A stretch of DNA of 64,000 nt from a virus. Taxonomy: Duplodnaviria > Caudoviricetes. Positions 25,455-34,069 of the stretch are shown piece by piece. The stretch spans positions 10,574-74,573 of IMG/VR virus record IMGVR_UViG_3300037440_000399; one strand, given 5' to 3'. Position 1 is the first letter of the stretch. The number at the start of each line of letters is the position of its first letter. The position numbers and the translations under genes were made by a program. A model generated the notes under the pieces. The model did no database searches and had not been told where the DNA came from. It saw only the letters and a program-made list of their open reading frames with translations.

Positions 25455-25735
25455 GCAAACCAGTCGAGCGGTACTACCGGATCGGCGAAGTCGCGGCGTT
25501 GCTCGGTGAAACTCAGCACACGTTGCGCTACTGGGAGGATGCGTTTTCCTGGTGGGTCCGCCCGACGCGGACGGCAAAGGGCCAGCGCGTTTACTCGGCT
25601 CGGCACGTGGCTGCGCTGGCGGTCGTCAAGCGCCTGACTCGTGTCGAGGGACTCACGCTGCGTGGGGCGCGTCGGGTGATGCTGGGGCGAAGCGAATTCT
25701 TCGAGAATCGAACCATGGGAGACCAGTTGCAATGA
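25451..25735 (+). CDS. MerR-family HTH regulator (short type)
   Basis: YYRIGEVAALLGETQHTLRYWE...RTAKGQRVYS...VEGLTLRGAR. Confidence 0.88.
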   Translation: MSKPVERYYRIGEVAALLGETQHTLRYWEDAFSWWVRPTRTAKGQRVYSARHVAALAVVKRLTRVEGLTLRGARRVMLGRSEFFENRTMGDQLQ

Positions 25736-26025
25736 CATTGCCTCGCCGTTCGCCCTGGAGCCCTCTCCTCGAAGAAGAGCACCACTGCCCCGTGTGCGGA
25801 ACGCCTACCGACGACACGAACGAGCAGGGCCGCAAGCGTACCTACTGCTCGTCGCGTTGTCGTGCGACCGCGGGCGCTCGTCGCTCAAGGCGCACGTATG
25901 CAAAACGCCGCTCCGTCTCGGTGACTTGTTTGCAATGCTATGAGCCGTACGCGCCGCCATCGGTGTGCGATCCCTACTGCTCGCTTCGCTGCGCGCACGG
26001 GAAGCGGCGGAGGGTGGCAGCGTGA
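25732..26025 (+). CDS. Zinc-finger protein
   Basis: CPVCG...YCSSRC; CLQC...YCSLRC. Confidence 0.65.
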   Translation: MTLPRRSPWSPLLEEEHHCPVCGTPTDDTNEQGRKRTYCSSRCRATAGARRSRRTYAKRRSVSVTCLQCYEPYAPPSVCDPYCSLRCAHGKRRRVAA

Positions 26026-26047
26026 CGACAAGTAGGAGGATTAAGCT

Positions 26048-26803
26048 GTGAGCAAAGGCGATATTCATAATGATCCGATGAACGACATCGGCGACTATCC
26101 GGCACCAGAGACATGGGTTGCGTGGGTGATGGGATGGGATCCGTCCGTTGCGAAAAAGGTGGTCAAGCTGACCTTTGCATTCTCTGACCGCAACTGGGGA
26201 GCACAAATGCTTGCGCTCTGCGAGTCTCCCATTGAGCGCCTGTTTCTGATCGGCTTAGCTCTTCGTACCGGGGACGAGGAAAATCCTTTTGAGACCGCGT
26301 GGACGCAAGGTCCAGACGACCCGGAAGCGCGAGCCGCGTGGACGCCTCGGCTCTTGCTGAAACGCAACGGTAGGGAGTTGGTGTTGCAAGCGCAGCGTGT
26401 TTTTTACGAGAGCGATGACCCGTGGTCCAATATCGACCCGATAGGTGCGAAACCGATAGCCCGCGTCGATTTCGTCATCTGTGACGAATCAGAAGACCCG
26501 CTACTCGCGATCGAGATCGACGGACACGAATTCCACGAGCGCACCAAGGAACAGGCCCAGGCAGACCGATCCCGCGACAGATTGTTGCTGCGTTGCGGTG
26601 TGCCTGTCGTGAGGTTCACAGGCTCGGAGGTTCATGCCGATCCCATGGGTTGCGCCAGAGAGGCATTCGATCTTGCGGAGGAAATGGTCGAGCGTATCGA
26701 ATCGATAGTCGAAACGAGCGTCAGTTTCGAAATCTACAAGAGGGACCAGCGGACCAGGAACTCCGAGAGCGAGGACTCAGCCGCAACCGAGGCCACCACA
26801 TGA
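26048..26803 (+). CDS. DUF559/Vsr-like PD-(D/E)XK endonuclease domain protein
   Basis: ESPIERLF; RVDF...IEIDGHEFH...DRSRDR...VRFTGSEV. Confidence 0.85.
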   Translation: MSKGDIHNDPMNDIGDYPAPETWVAWVMGWDPSVAKKVVKLTFAFSDRNWGAQMLALCESPIERLFLIGLALRTGDEENPFETAWTQGPDDPEARAAWTPRLLLKRNGRELVLQAQRVFYESDDPWSNIDPIGAKPIARVDFVICDESEDPLLAIEIDGHEFHERTKEQAQADRSRDRLLLRCGVPVVRFTGSEVHADPMGCAREAFDLAEEMVERIESIVETSVSFEIYKRDQRTRNSESEDSAATEATT

Positions 26804-27627
26804 AGCTAAGCGACCACATGCCGGACGCGAAGCGCATGAGCGACCTCAGTGACAGCGCATTCCGTGTTTACGTCGAAGCTCGGTGTTTTTGCTCTTCCCG
26901 TCTCACGGATGGCAGACTTACCGCCAGGCAGGCGGCGCAGCTGTGTACCCGCAACAAGGACCGGGACGAGCTGATAGAGGCTGGACTTTGGGACGAGCTC
27001 GAGGACGGCACGATCGTCGACGCATATTACCTGCTGGACAACCCCCTGCGCTCCAAGGTGGAAGCAGACAGGCAGTTGGCAGCGATCCGGGCCCAGAGAC
27101 ATCGTAACGGCGAACGTAACGCCGTGACGAACGGCGCACAAGAGCCGTTACGTACAGGCGAACAGACGGCGCACGTAACGGACCCTGAGGCGGAGCTCCC
27201 CCCTCACACTCCCCTATCAGAACAGGAGAGCGATTCTGGGTCTGACGAAATTCAGGATCCGGAATTCGCCTTTCCTGACAAGCCCTTAGAGAACCTGACA
27301 GGCAGCGCGCGCGTGGCGCAGAAGCGCGTGCGCAAGGCGCGCAGAGCGGCATGGAAGCGTGTCCCGGAGGATTGGAATCCGAAGCCAGAACACGAACAGA
27401 TCGCCAATGAAGAGGGCGTCGATTTCGACCGCGAGCTTTCGAAATATCGGGACTGGCATTTCGCGCGATCGCGCGTTGACCCTGACGCAACGTTCCGGAA
27501 TTGGTTACGCGAGGCCGGCGAGCGCTCGCGGAGAAACGGCACCCGTCCGGTGAGTCGAGCTGATTCCCAGTTGCAGCGCCAGTTGGCCCGTGTGGCCGAG
27601 CTGGAAGCCGAGGAGCGCCGACAATGA
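26800..27627 (+). CDS. Replication initiator/replisome organizer with a DnaT-like C-terminal domain
   Basis: N-terminal LSDSAFRVY...TDG helix region; C-terminal PEDWNP...FRNWLR; followed by the loader gene. Confidence 0.7.
   Translation: MKLSDHMPDAKRMSDLSDSAFRVYVEARCFCSSRLTDGRLTARQAAQLCTRNKDRDELIEAGLWDELEDGTIVDAYYLLDNPLRSKVEADRQLAAIRAQRHRNGERNAVTNGAQEPLRTGEQTAHVTDPEAELPPHTPLSEQESDSGSDEIQDPEFAFPDKPLENLTGSARVAQKRVRKARRAAWKRVPEDWNPKPEHEQIANEEGVDFDRELSKYRDWHFARSRVDPDATFRNWLREAGERSRRNGTRPVSRADSQLQRQLARVAELEAEERRQ
27103..27183. repeat. Iteron-like CGTAACG/CGTTACG cluster inside the initiator gene (candidate ori)
   Basis: cgtaacg x3 plus cgttacg and cgtgacg within about 80 bp. Confidence 0.5.
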
Positions 27628-28181
27628 CGCGACCAGAAGCGGCTCGGCTCGTGGCAATCCTGATCGCGGCATTCCCGCAGTCGCAAGTCACCGAGCAGAC
27701 GTCCAAGGTTTACGAGACCTTGCTTGCTGACCTCGATTTCGAAACGGCACAGGCTGCGGTCCACCGACTTGCGCGGACACTCAATTGGCTGCCGACGATC
27801 GCTCAGATTCGCTCCGCGGCCGTCGAGGTGCAGCACGGGGCGCGCCGCATCGGAAGTGAAGCCTGGGGCGACGTCGTGGCAGAGATACGCCGAGTCGGGG
27901 CGTACGGCGATCCTCGGTGGTCTGACCCGACCGTCGAGTCATGTGTTCGGGCGCTTGGTTGGCGGAACCTATGTCTCGGGCAAAACGAAGCGGCGGACCG
28001 TGCACGGTTCGTGGAACTCTACGATGGGCTACAGGAGCGCCACCGGCTCGACGCTGTGGCGGGCCGCGCTCTGCCGCCAGCGCGGAGCTACGCTGCGCTA
28101 CCGGAGACCACTGTGCGCAACGTGGCGCCGTTGCTCGAAGGTATCGGGAAACCGATGCCACGGCGAGGCAACGGCCCATGA
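27624..28181 (+). CDS. Helicase loader/inhibitor (G39P-like)
   Basis: EAARLVAILIAAFP...W..LL.DL....AQAAV......WLPTIAQIR pattern; follows the initiator. Confidence 0.7.
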   Translation: MTRPEAARLVAILIAAFPQSQVTEQTSKVYETLLADLDFETAQAAVHRLARTLNWLPTIAQIRSAAVEVQHGARRIGSEAWGDVVAEIRRVGAYGDPRWSDPTVESCVRALGWRNLCLGQNEAADRARFVELYDGLQERHRLDAVAGRALPPARSYAALPETTVRNVAPLLEGIGKPMPRRGNGP

Positions 28182-28357
28182 CCCGCTGCGCCTCCCCGAC
28201 CTGCGCCACCCCCAACGCCGTCGCATTCTGGGAAGTGGCGCCGTTGACCAAGCACAAGGACGCGCGGCCGATATGGCTGTGCTCGGCATGCCTCGCCCTG
28301 TGGTGCGACTCGAAAGGCGCGAAGCCGCGCGAGTCGACGGAGGCGAAACCAAAATGA
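28178..28357 (+). CDS. Small zinc-binding protein
   Basis: CASPTC...WLCSAC. Confidence 0.5.
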   Translation: MTRCASPTCATPNAVAFWEVAPLTKHKDARPIWLCSACLALWCDSKGAKPRESTEAKPK

Positions 28358-28716
28358 CCAACACATCCGACGCCGACCTACTCCGCCGCGTCATCGATCG
28401 CGACACGGAACGCCGAGCGGGCGATGAAACCGTTGCGATTTTGCATGCCCAAGAGCGCGAGGCATTCGAGAGCATGCTGCGCCAACTCGACAGGCCGATA
28501 TTGCGCAAGCTCGGCGAGCGAAACGAACTCAGCCCGAAGCAAAAAGCATGGCTAATCCGCCGCAGTCCGCCTCGGCGTGCTCGACGTTGCGCCGGCCGCA
28601 AACGTGTTCAGCAGCTTGCCGCCAGCGGAGCAGCGGGCGCACAAGGCACGAGCGGCAAGCGTTGTGCTGCCGTGGGAGGAGCCGGGGTACGCAAGGCCTC
28701 TCCGTCCGCCAGGTAG
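28354..28716 (+). CDS. Hypothetical protein
   Basis: ATGA coupling. Confidence 0.45.
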   Translation: MTNTSDADLLRRVIDRDTERRAGDETVAILHAQEREAFESMLRQLDRPILRKLGERNELSPKQKAWLIRRSPPRRARRCAGRKRVQQLAASGAAGAQGTSGKRCAAVGGAGVRKASPSAR

Positions 28717-28722
28717 GAAGCC

Positions 28723-28950
28723 ATGAGCGACGCTACGTACGCGAGCCTCATGGAGGAACTGGGCAACGTCGCTCTCCATCAGCCGCTGTGGCCAGGCGAC
28801 ACGGTCTCGCACGCTGGCGCGTATGAGCTTTGCCGACTCGGACTCATTCGTAGGCACGAAGATGGCGGCGGCCACTGGGTGCTCACGGAACTCGGGCTGC
28901 TCACGTATTGGGCTGAGCGGCGCGCGACGAAGCCGCCTGGGAGGACGTGA
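28723..28950 (+). CDS. Small winged-helix-like hypothetical protein
   Basis: AYELCRLGLIRR...WVLTELG. Confidence 0.55.
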   Translation: MSDATYASLMEELGNVALHQPLWPGDTVSHAGAYELCRLGLIRRHEDGGGHWVLTELGLLTYWAERRATKPPGRT

Positions 28951-29189
28951 TGTCAGCCAATCACATGGTGTGGGAGTTGAAGGCGCGGCTCGACGAGCTC
29001 GAGAAACGCCACGAGCAGCTGGCCGATCTGGTTCTGAAAATGGCACGCTTGGCGCGCCTGCTCATGAGTGAATGCAGCGAAGAAGAGTGCGAGGCGATAG
29101 CAGCGGACGCCGATCGCGCGGCGGCGAAACTTGAACCGCCGAAGCCCGTGCCGCGGCCGCCGCGCCGCAGGGGAGGACGTGATGGGTGA
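28947..29189 (+). CDS. Coiled-coil hypothetical protein
   Basis: Coupled ORF. Confidence 0.5.
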   Translation: MMSANHMVWELKARLDELEKRHEQLADLVLKMARLARLLMSECSEEECEAIAADADRAAAKLEPPKPVPRPPRRRGGRDG

Positions 29190-29394
29190 CGTGGTCGATA
29201 TCGAAGAGGCCCGCGCAAACCGCGGCGTACCGTACGAGCTCACCATCGAGGACGGAGACGTGGTGCTACGGATACCGATGCCGTTTGGTGGACTGAAACG
29301 GGCGTATCGTTTCACGCCAGCCGTTGCCGATACGCTGGCGCGCAGGCTACTTGTGCTTGCGGCGAGCGCCCGCAACGAAAGCCGCGAGCCATGA
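29182..29394 (+). CDS. Hypothetical protein
   Basis: SD ggagga upstream. Confidence 0.55.
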   Translation: MGDVVDIEEARANRGVPYELTIEDGDVVLRIPMPFGGLKRAYRFTPAVADTLARRLLVLAASARNESREP

Positions 29395-29567
29395 GCAACG
29401 CCCGCAATCACCTCGAGTCCCTGTTCGCGCAGATGCACGAGAGTCAGCTACGCGAGCAGCTGCACAAGGAAGAAAAAGCGAAACACGAGGCCGAGATCGC
29501 GAGGATCATGCTGGAGCACGTGACGAAGCATCTTGAGCTGCCGGATGTGCCAGGGTGGAAAACATGA
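29391..29567 (+). CDS. Small helical hypothetical protein (58 aa, not in ORF track)
   Basis: Hand translation MSNARNHLESLF...PGWKT; ATGA coupling at both ends. Confidence 0.5.
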   Translation: MSNARNHLESLFAQMHESQLREQLHKEEKAKHEAEIARIMLEHVTKHLELPDVPGWKT

Positions 29568-29740
29568 GAGCCAGCGAACGCATCATCGAGATCGCCAGCA
29601 GCGTCGCGTACACAGACGACAACGGGATGACACTCATTCGCACACACGACCTAGTCCACGCACTACAGGTCTACATCGACGAGCTCGAGGAGCGCGTGAG
29701 GAAGCTCGAGGCGAAGGTGGAAGGAAAGGAATCGCGATGA
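29564..29740 (+). CDS. Small hypothetical protein
   Basis: ATGA coupling. Confidence 0.5.
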   Translation: MRASERIIEIASSVAYTDDNGMTLIRTHDLVHALQVYIDELEERVRKLEAKVEGKESR

Positions 29741-29928
29741 GCACAACGACGGCAGTGATCGTGCTCGCCTGTGTAACGGTGGCGGTCTTTGCAATTGCGA
29801 ATGTGGGCGTCTGGCTCGTTGCGCGCGAGGTACTTAATCACAGACGCAGAATCGCGACCGAGATCGCCGAGACCGAGGCCAGCATCAAGCGCGGCGTGCG
29901 GCGGACAGACCACAGGTTCGAACCATGA
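29737..29928 (+). CDS. Small single-TM protein
   Basis: AVIVLACVTVAVFAIANVGVWLV. Confidence 0.5.
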   Translation: MSTTTAVIVLACVTVAVFAIANVGVWLVAREVLNHRRRIATEIAETEASIKRGVRRTDHRFEP

Positions 29929-30167
29929 CTAACCCCTACCGCACAACCGCCGATGTCCGCATCTCGCCCTCGCTCACTGTGCACAGCGTCGAAGCACTGA
30001 ACGCCGAGCGCGGTTACGTCATCCTGAAACTCATCGTCCACTACGACTCGTCAATCGCGGGCAACGTCGTCACGCTGCGCATGACGTGGGAGCAAGCGCA
30101 GAAGATCGGTCTCGCACTGGAGCGCGCGGGCGATACGTCCGAGGACATTGGAGAGCAAAGCCTGTGA
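29925..30167 (+). CDS. Hypothetical protein
   Basis: Coupled ORF. Confidence 0.55.
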   Translation: MTNPYRTTADVRISPSLTVHSVEALNAERGYVILKLIVHYDSSIAGNVVTLRMTWEQAQKIGLALERAGDTSEDIGEQSL

Positions 30168-30475
30168 CCGCCGACCGCGACCAGCAGATCGCCGAGCTCC
30201 GCGAGACGCTTAGGTGGGCCCGCGTTGTGGGGACGTGTGGCGAGTGCAGGCATTGGGTGCCCAACGACGGGGTGACAGAGCACGGCCAGTGCGTGCGCTT
30301 CCAACAGGAGCCGGGTGCCGTCCTAGATCAGCGCTTGGCAACGCTGCCAGCATTCACGCTGTATCGAATCGGCGAGCGCCATGCGTTTTTCTGTCTGCCG
30401 ACGTTCGGTTGCGCATTGCACGAGCCGCACGAGCCTGACAGCGAAGCGGCGCAAGCAAGGAGCGAAGGGCAATGA
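30164..30475 (+). CDS. Cys-rich hypothetical protein
   Basis: CGECRHW...GQC...FGCALH. Confidence 0.55.
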   Translation: MTADRDQQIAELRETLRWARVVGTCGECRHWVPNDGVTEHGQCVRFQQEPGAVLDQRLATLPAFTLYRIGERHAFFCLPTFGCALHEPHEPDSEAAQARSEGQ

Positions 30476-30663
30476 GCGCAGTCAAAAATTGGCACGTCGG
30501 CGAGCGGGTCGTTTCATTGCGCACGAATCGTGCGGTGCTGCTCTCGGACAATGGCCACCAGTGCACGCTGGCGACGAGCCGAGCCGGTTTGCTGGCGCTC
30601 GTCGAGGCGCTGAAGGAATGCGCGGACGAGATGCGCGAGCCGAGAGAGGACGACGGGACATGA
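30472..30663 (+). CDS. Small hypothetical protein
   Basis: Coupled ORF. Confidence 0.5.
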   Translation: MSAVKNWHVGERVVSLRTNRAVLLSDNGHQCTLATSRAGLLALVEALKECADEMREPREDDGT

Positions 30664-30787
30664 GCGCCGCCAAGGTCCGCCGCAAGCTGACGCGGATGCA
30701 GAGGGAGCACATGAAAGAAAAAACCCGCTGACGTGGCCAACGGGTTCCTTCGGGCGCTTTGGCGGGCGGCTTGGAGGAAGATCCTAC

Positions 30788-31798
30788 ATGGCAAACGCTG
30801 TCCAGTCGAGCGCAACCGAGCTGGCCTCGGTCGTGCAGTCATCCAAGGAACCCGTAACCACCAAGCTCGCTGCTTTCGTTGGGCTACTGCGGGCCCTGAG
30901 CAATACGCCGAAAAGAACCATCGGGCTCCGAGACGAAGCCGCGCTGACGTGGTTCTTTGGCCCGGGCATGGCCACGTTCGAGCGCAGCGTGTTCGGTGCC
31001 ATGTGCGAGCGCATGCAACGCGATGGGGCGAACTCGAAGCGCTGTCCAAAGTGCCACGGAGAGGGTGTCCTGAACGAGGGCGGATTCGCGAGCCGCACGA
31101 AAAAAGACGACGACCAGGCACGGCGCAACGTGAAAGCTGGCGGCTGGTGCGAGGCATGCAACGGGACAGGCGCAGTGCCGGCCGAGCGCGGAAAGCACCC
31201 ACCTTGCCGGACCGGCACGATTGCCTGCCCGCCCTGCAGCGGGACGGGCATAGCTGGACTGAAACGGCATCGCAAGGGGCCATTGCGCGGCAAGCGGGCG
31301 CGCCGGAGAGCGGAAATTCTCGAGAGCGCGGCGCCCTGCATGCGCTGCAGAGCCACGGGCGTGATCGAAGTCGACCCGGCATTCGGAACCGACGACGGCG
31401 CTTACATTGTCCCCGGACCGAACGACGAGGCGTTGACGCGATACGGCGTGATCAGCAGGCGCGTTGCGATTCTCTCTCGCCGCGACCCGAGGTTGGTCGA
31501 AGTCCTGCGGGCCTACTACGGCGACGCTGGCTCGCGATGGGGCAGAGAGCGGCAAGGGCGCATCTTCGCTGTCTACCCGCTGACCCGGGCGGGCAAATCG
31601 CTGCTCAGGCTCGGCGGAAAAGCGCAAGGCAATGCGGCCAGCCTGCGTGATTCCGAACGCCTCGGTGTGGAATCGGAGCTCGAAAAGACGCAGCCGAAAG
31701 AGCAACGCCGGGCGCTGCTCGACGCCGCGGATAGGCAGGCCCGAGAGATGTACGCGCGCACTGCCGAGGTGTGGAACACCATCGCGAGGCAGCGGTGA
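30788..31798 (+). CDS. DnaJ-type zinc-finger protein in the late-regulator (Q-like) position
   Basis: CPKCHGEG, CEACNGTG, CPPCSGTG and CMRCRATG; last large gene before the packaging operon. Confidence 0.6.
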   Translation: MANAVQSSATELASVVQSSKEPVTTKLAAFVGLLRALSNTPKRTIGLRDEAALTWFFGPGMATFERSVFGAMCERMQRDGANSKRCPKCHGEGVLNEGGFASRTKKDDDQARRNVKAGGWCEACNGTGAVPAERGKHPPCRTGTIACPPCSGTGIAGLKRHRKGPLRGKRARRRAEILESAAPCMRCRATGVIEVDPAFGTDDGAYIVPGPNDEALTRYGVISRRVAILSRRDPRLVEVLRAYYGDAGSRWGRERQGRIFAVYPLTRAGKSLLRLGGKAQGNAASLRDSERLGVESELEKTQPKEQRRALLDAADRQAREMYARTAEVWNTIARQR

Positions 31799-31989
31799 GA
31801 ATCAAAGGCAAGGTCTACATCGCGACCAACGAAATCGCGCAGCTCATGGGCTGGAACACACGCCGAGCTCGCCGCTGGCTCAGGCGTGAAGGGGCGGCTG
31901 TGAGAATCGGCGGACGTTGGTATACGACCCGCGGTCGTTTGCGTTCGGCGTTTCCCGAGGTTCTTGACCACTTGCACGGGCTTACGTGA
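31795..31989 (+). CDS. Small Xis/MerR-like HTH protein
   Basis: YIATNEIAQLMGWNTRRARRWL...VRIGGRWY. Confidence 0.7.
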   Translation: MRIKGKVYIATNEIAQLMGWNTRRARRWLRREGAAVRIGGRWYTTRGRLRSAFPEVLDHLHGLT

Positions 31990-32006
31990 GAAGGGGGCCA
32001 GATAAC

Positions 32007-32039
32007 GCCACAGAGAGCCCCGAAGAGCCACAGAGAGCC
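32007..32039 (+). repeat. 13-bp direct repeat with 20-bp period upstream of the late operon
   Basis: GCCACAGAGAGCC at 32007 and 32027. Confidence 0.75.
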
Positions 32040-32267
32040 ACGGGGGCGCAACAGCTTAGGTTTTAAGAGCGCGCGGACGGGGCAACGCCTCGCGCGGGCT
32101 AGACCGGTCCTAGTGGTCACGTCCGAATATTCGCGGCGCATCAGTCGCGGTCCCCTCGAGCCGACGCTGCGCCGACCCCGCGAGCGCAAGGTCATCACGG
32201 CGACGCTCGCGGAGCGGAAGACGAACGCCAGGCGGCGGATCGTTCACGGACGGGCGGCGGTGCAGTG

Positions 32268-32780
32268 ATGGAGCCGACAAATCGATCCACTCACGCGCGA
32301 CCCTCGGACAATCCGGCGGAACTCAAAACGCGGGAGGAGCGGGTCGACTTCATCGCCGAGGTAATGACGGCGCTCAAGTGGGAGCGCGGCAAGAGCGGGC
32401 CGCCGCTGGCCAGACTTTGGGGCGTGACCGAGGCTACGGTTCGTGACTACGCGGCAGAAGCGTCGCGGAGAGTGACGGCCGATGCTGAAGAGGTCCGGCG
32501 CGAGATCACAGTGCGCGGACTCGGAATGCTGAGAGCTGCCCATCACGACGGCCAGGCCCGAGACTTCGCAGCGCTGGGCAAGCTACTGGCGGATGTGTCG
32601 GGCGCGAACGCGCCGGCCAAGCACGAGGTGCTAGCGGGTACACTGGAGCCGTCGCCAGCCGAGGCCGCACGCCTCGTGCGAGAGCGTTTCGGTGGCCACG
32701 CAATGAAAGACGACGATGAGGCTGGGAACGCCGAACCCTCGGGTGATGGCGGACTACCAAGCGACGCTACCAAGACGTGA
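32268..32780 (+). CDS. terS: Terminase small subunit
   Basis: HTH-like PLARLWGVTEATVRDY; directly upstream of terL. Confidence 0.65.
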   Translation: MEPTNRSTHARPSDNPAELKTREERVDFIAEVMTALKWERGKSGPPLARLWGVTEATVRDYAAEASRRVTADAEEVRREITVRGLGMLRAAHHDGQARDFAALGKLLADVSGANAPAKHEVLAGTLEPSPAEAARLVRERFGGHAMKDDDEAGNAEPSGDGGLPSDATKT

Positions 32781-34068
32781 GTATGCCGCGCTCGATGCGT
32801 GGCTGAGCCAGTTCTATCAGTATCAGCTGACTTGGATGCTCGAGCCCGCGAAGCGCGCGGCGTGCGTCAAGGCGAGACAGATCGGCTGGAGCCATTCGAC
32901 TGCCGGCAACGGAGCCCTGTGGGGCGCGTTTCACGGCGAGCACACAACGATCCTAAGCAAGGGCGACAAGGAATCGAAAGAGGTACTCGAGAAAGCGCGC
33001 ATTCACGCCGATGTGCTCGTGGCGCTCGGGTCGACGTTCGCTGTGCCCACGCGCTCGACACACGACGAGCTCTGCTTTCGTAGCGGCGGCCGAATTCTGG
33101 CACTACCGAGCACAGGCGGTCGGGGCTTCACGGGCAACCTGATTCTCGACGAATTCGCCTACCACCCGCATCCCAAGCAAGCATGGGACGCAGCGGTCCC
33201 GGCGATGCGGCTTGGTGACTTTCGCCTGCGTGTCATATCGACACCGAACGGCGTGGGCAACGAATTCCACACGCTCGTCAAGCGCATCCGCGCGGGCATC
33301 ATGAAGCAGACCAAGCTTCATGAAGTCACGATCGACGACGCAGCGCGAGACGGCTTTCCTGTCGACATCGAACAATGCTGGGAAGACGCAAAGGGCGACC
33401 CGAGGCTTTTCGATCAGCTCTTCCGTTGCAAGTTCCTGGACGGCGAACTCCAATACATCCCGTCCGATCTCATCGACGCCTGCAGCACCGACGACCTTCG
33501 TACGAGCGAGGGGGCCTACTTCGCTGGCCTCGACGTAGGCAAGACGGTCGATCGCACCGTGCTCGTAGTGCTACGCAAGACAGCGGGGCCCGCGTACGTA
33601 ACGCAGCATATCGAGACGATAAAACGCACAGACAACGACGGCCTAGACGCCATGGTGGAGCGCGCATTCAAGCGCTACGACCTGCGTCGGCTCTGCGTAG
33701 ACGCGACCGGCATGGGTGCATTCCCTGCCGAGCGTATGCAAAAGCGTTTTGGCAGCTCGAAAATCGAGCCTGTCACGTTCACGCTGCAGACCAAGGAAGA
33801 CTTGGCCACGGCGCTCTACACGGCGTTCGCGAAGAATACGATTCGTATTCCAAAGACGGACGGCGCGCGCACGGCGGACAGCAAATTCGAGCGTGGCGAG
33901 CCAGAGCAGCTGCGTGAGGACATCGCGTCGCTACGTCGTATCATCACGACCGCGGGCAACGTCCGCTACGACGCGCCTCACACCGACGAGGGGCACGCAG
34001 ATCGCGCATGGGCGCTCGCGCTAGGGCTGCATGCCGCCATGACGGCGCCCACCTACGCGCGACTCTGA
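32746..34068 (+). CDS. terL: Terminase large subunit (Mu gp28-like)
   Basis: KARQIGWS, ILDEFAYH, ISTPNG and AGLDVGK...D...HADRAWALALG. Confidence 0.93.
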   Translation: MADYQATLPRREYAALDAWLSQFYQYQLTWMLEPAKRAACVKARQIGWSHSTAGNGALWGAFHGEHTTILSKGDKESKEVLEKARIHADVLVALGSTFAVPTRSTHDELCFRSGGRILALPSTGGRGFTGNLILDEFAYHPHPKQAWDAAVPAMRLGDFRLRVISTPNGVGNEFHTLVKRIRAGIMKQTKLHEVTIDDAARDGFPVDIEQCWEDAKGDPRLFDQLFRCKFLDGELQYIPSDLIDACSTDDLRTSEGAYFAGLDVGKTVDRTVLVVLRKTAGPAYVTQHIETIKRTDNDGLDAMVERAFKRYDLRRLCVDATGMGAFPAERMQKRFGSSKIEPVTFTLQTKEDLATALYTAFAKNTIRIPKTDGARTADSKFERGEPEQLREDIASLRRIITTAGNVRYDAPHTDEGHADRAWALALGLHAAMTAPTYARL

Positions 34069-34069
34069 C

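Noticed and set aside
32113-32268. 51-aa ORF coupled to terS
   Set aside because: Possible (TGATG overlap), but has no motif or clear SD; left unannotated
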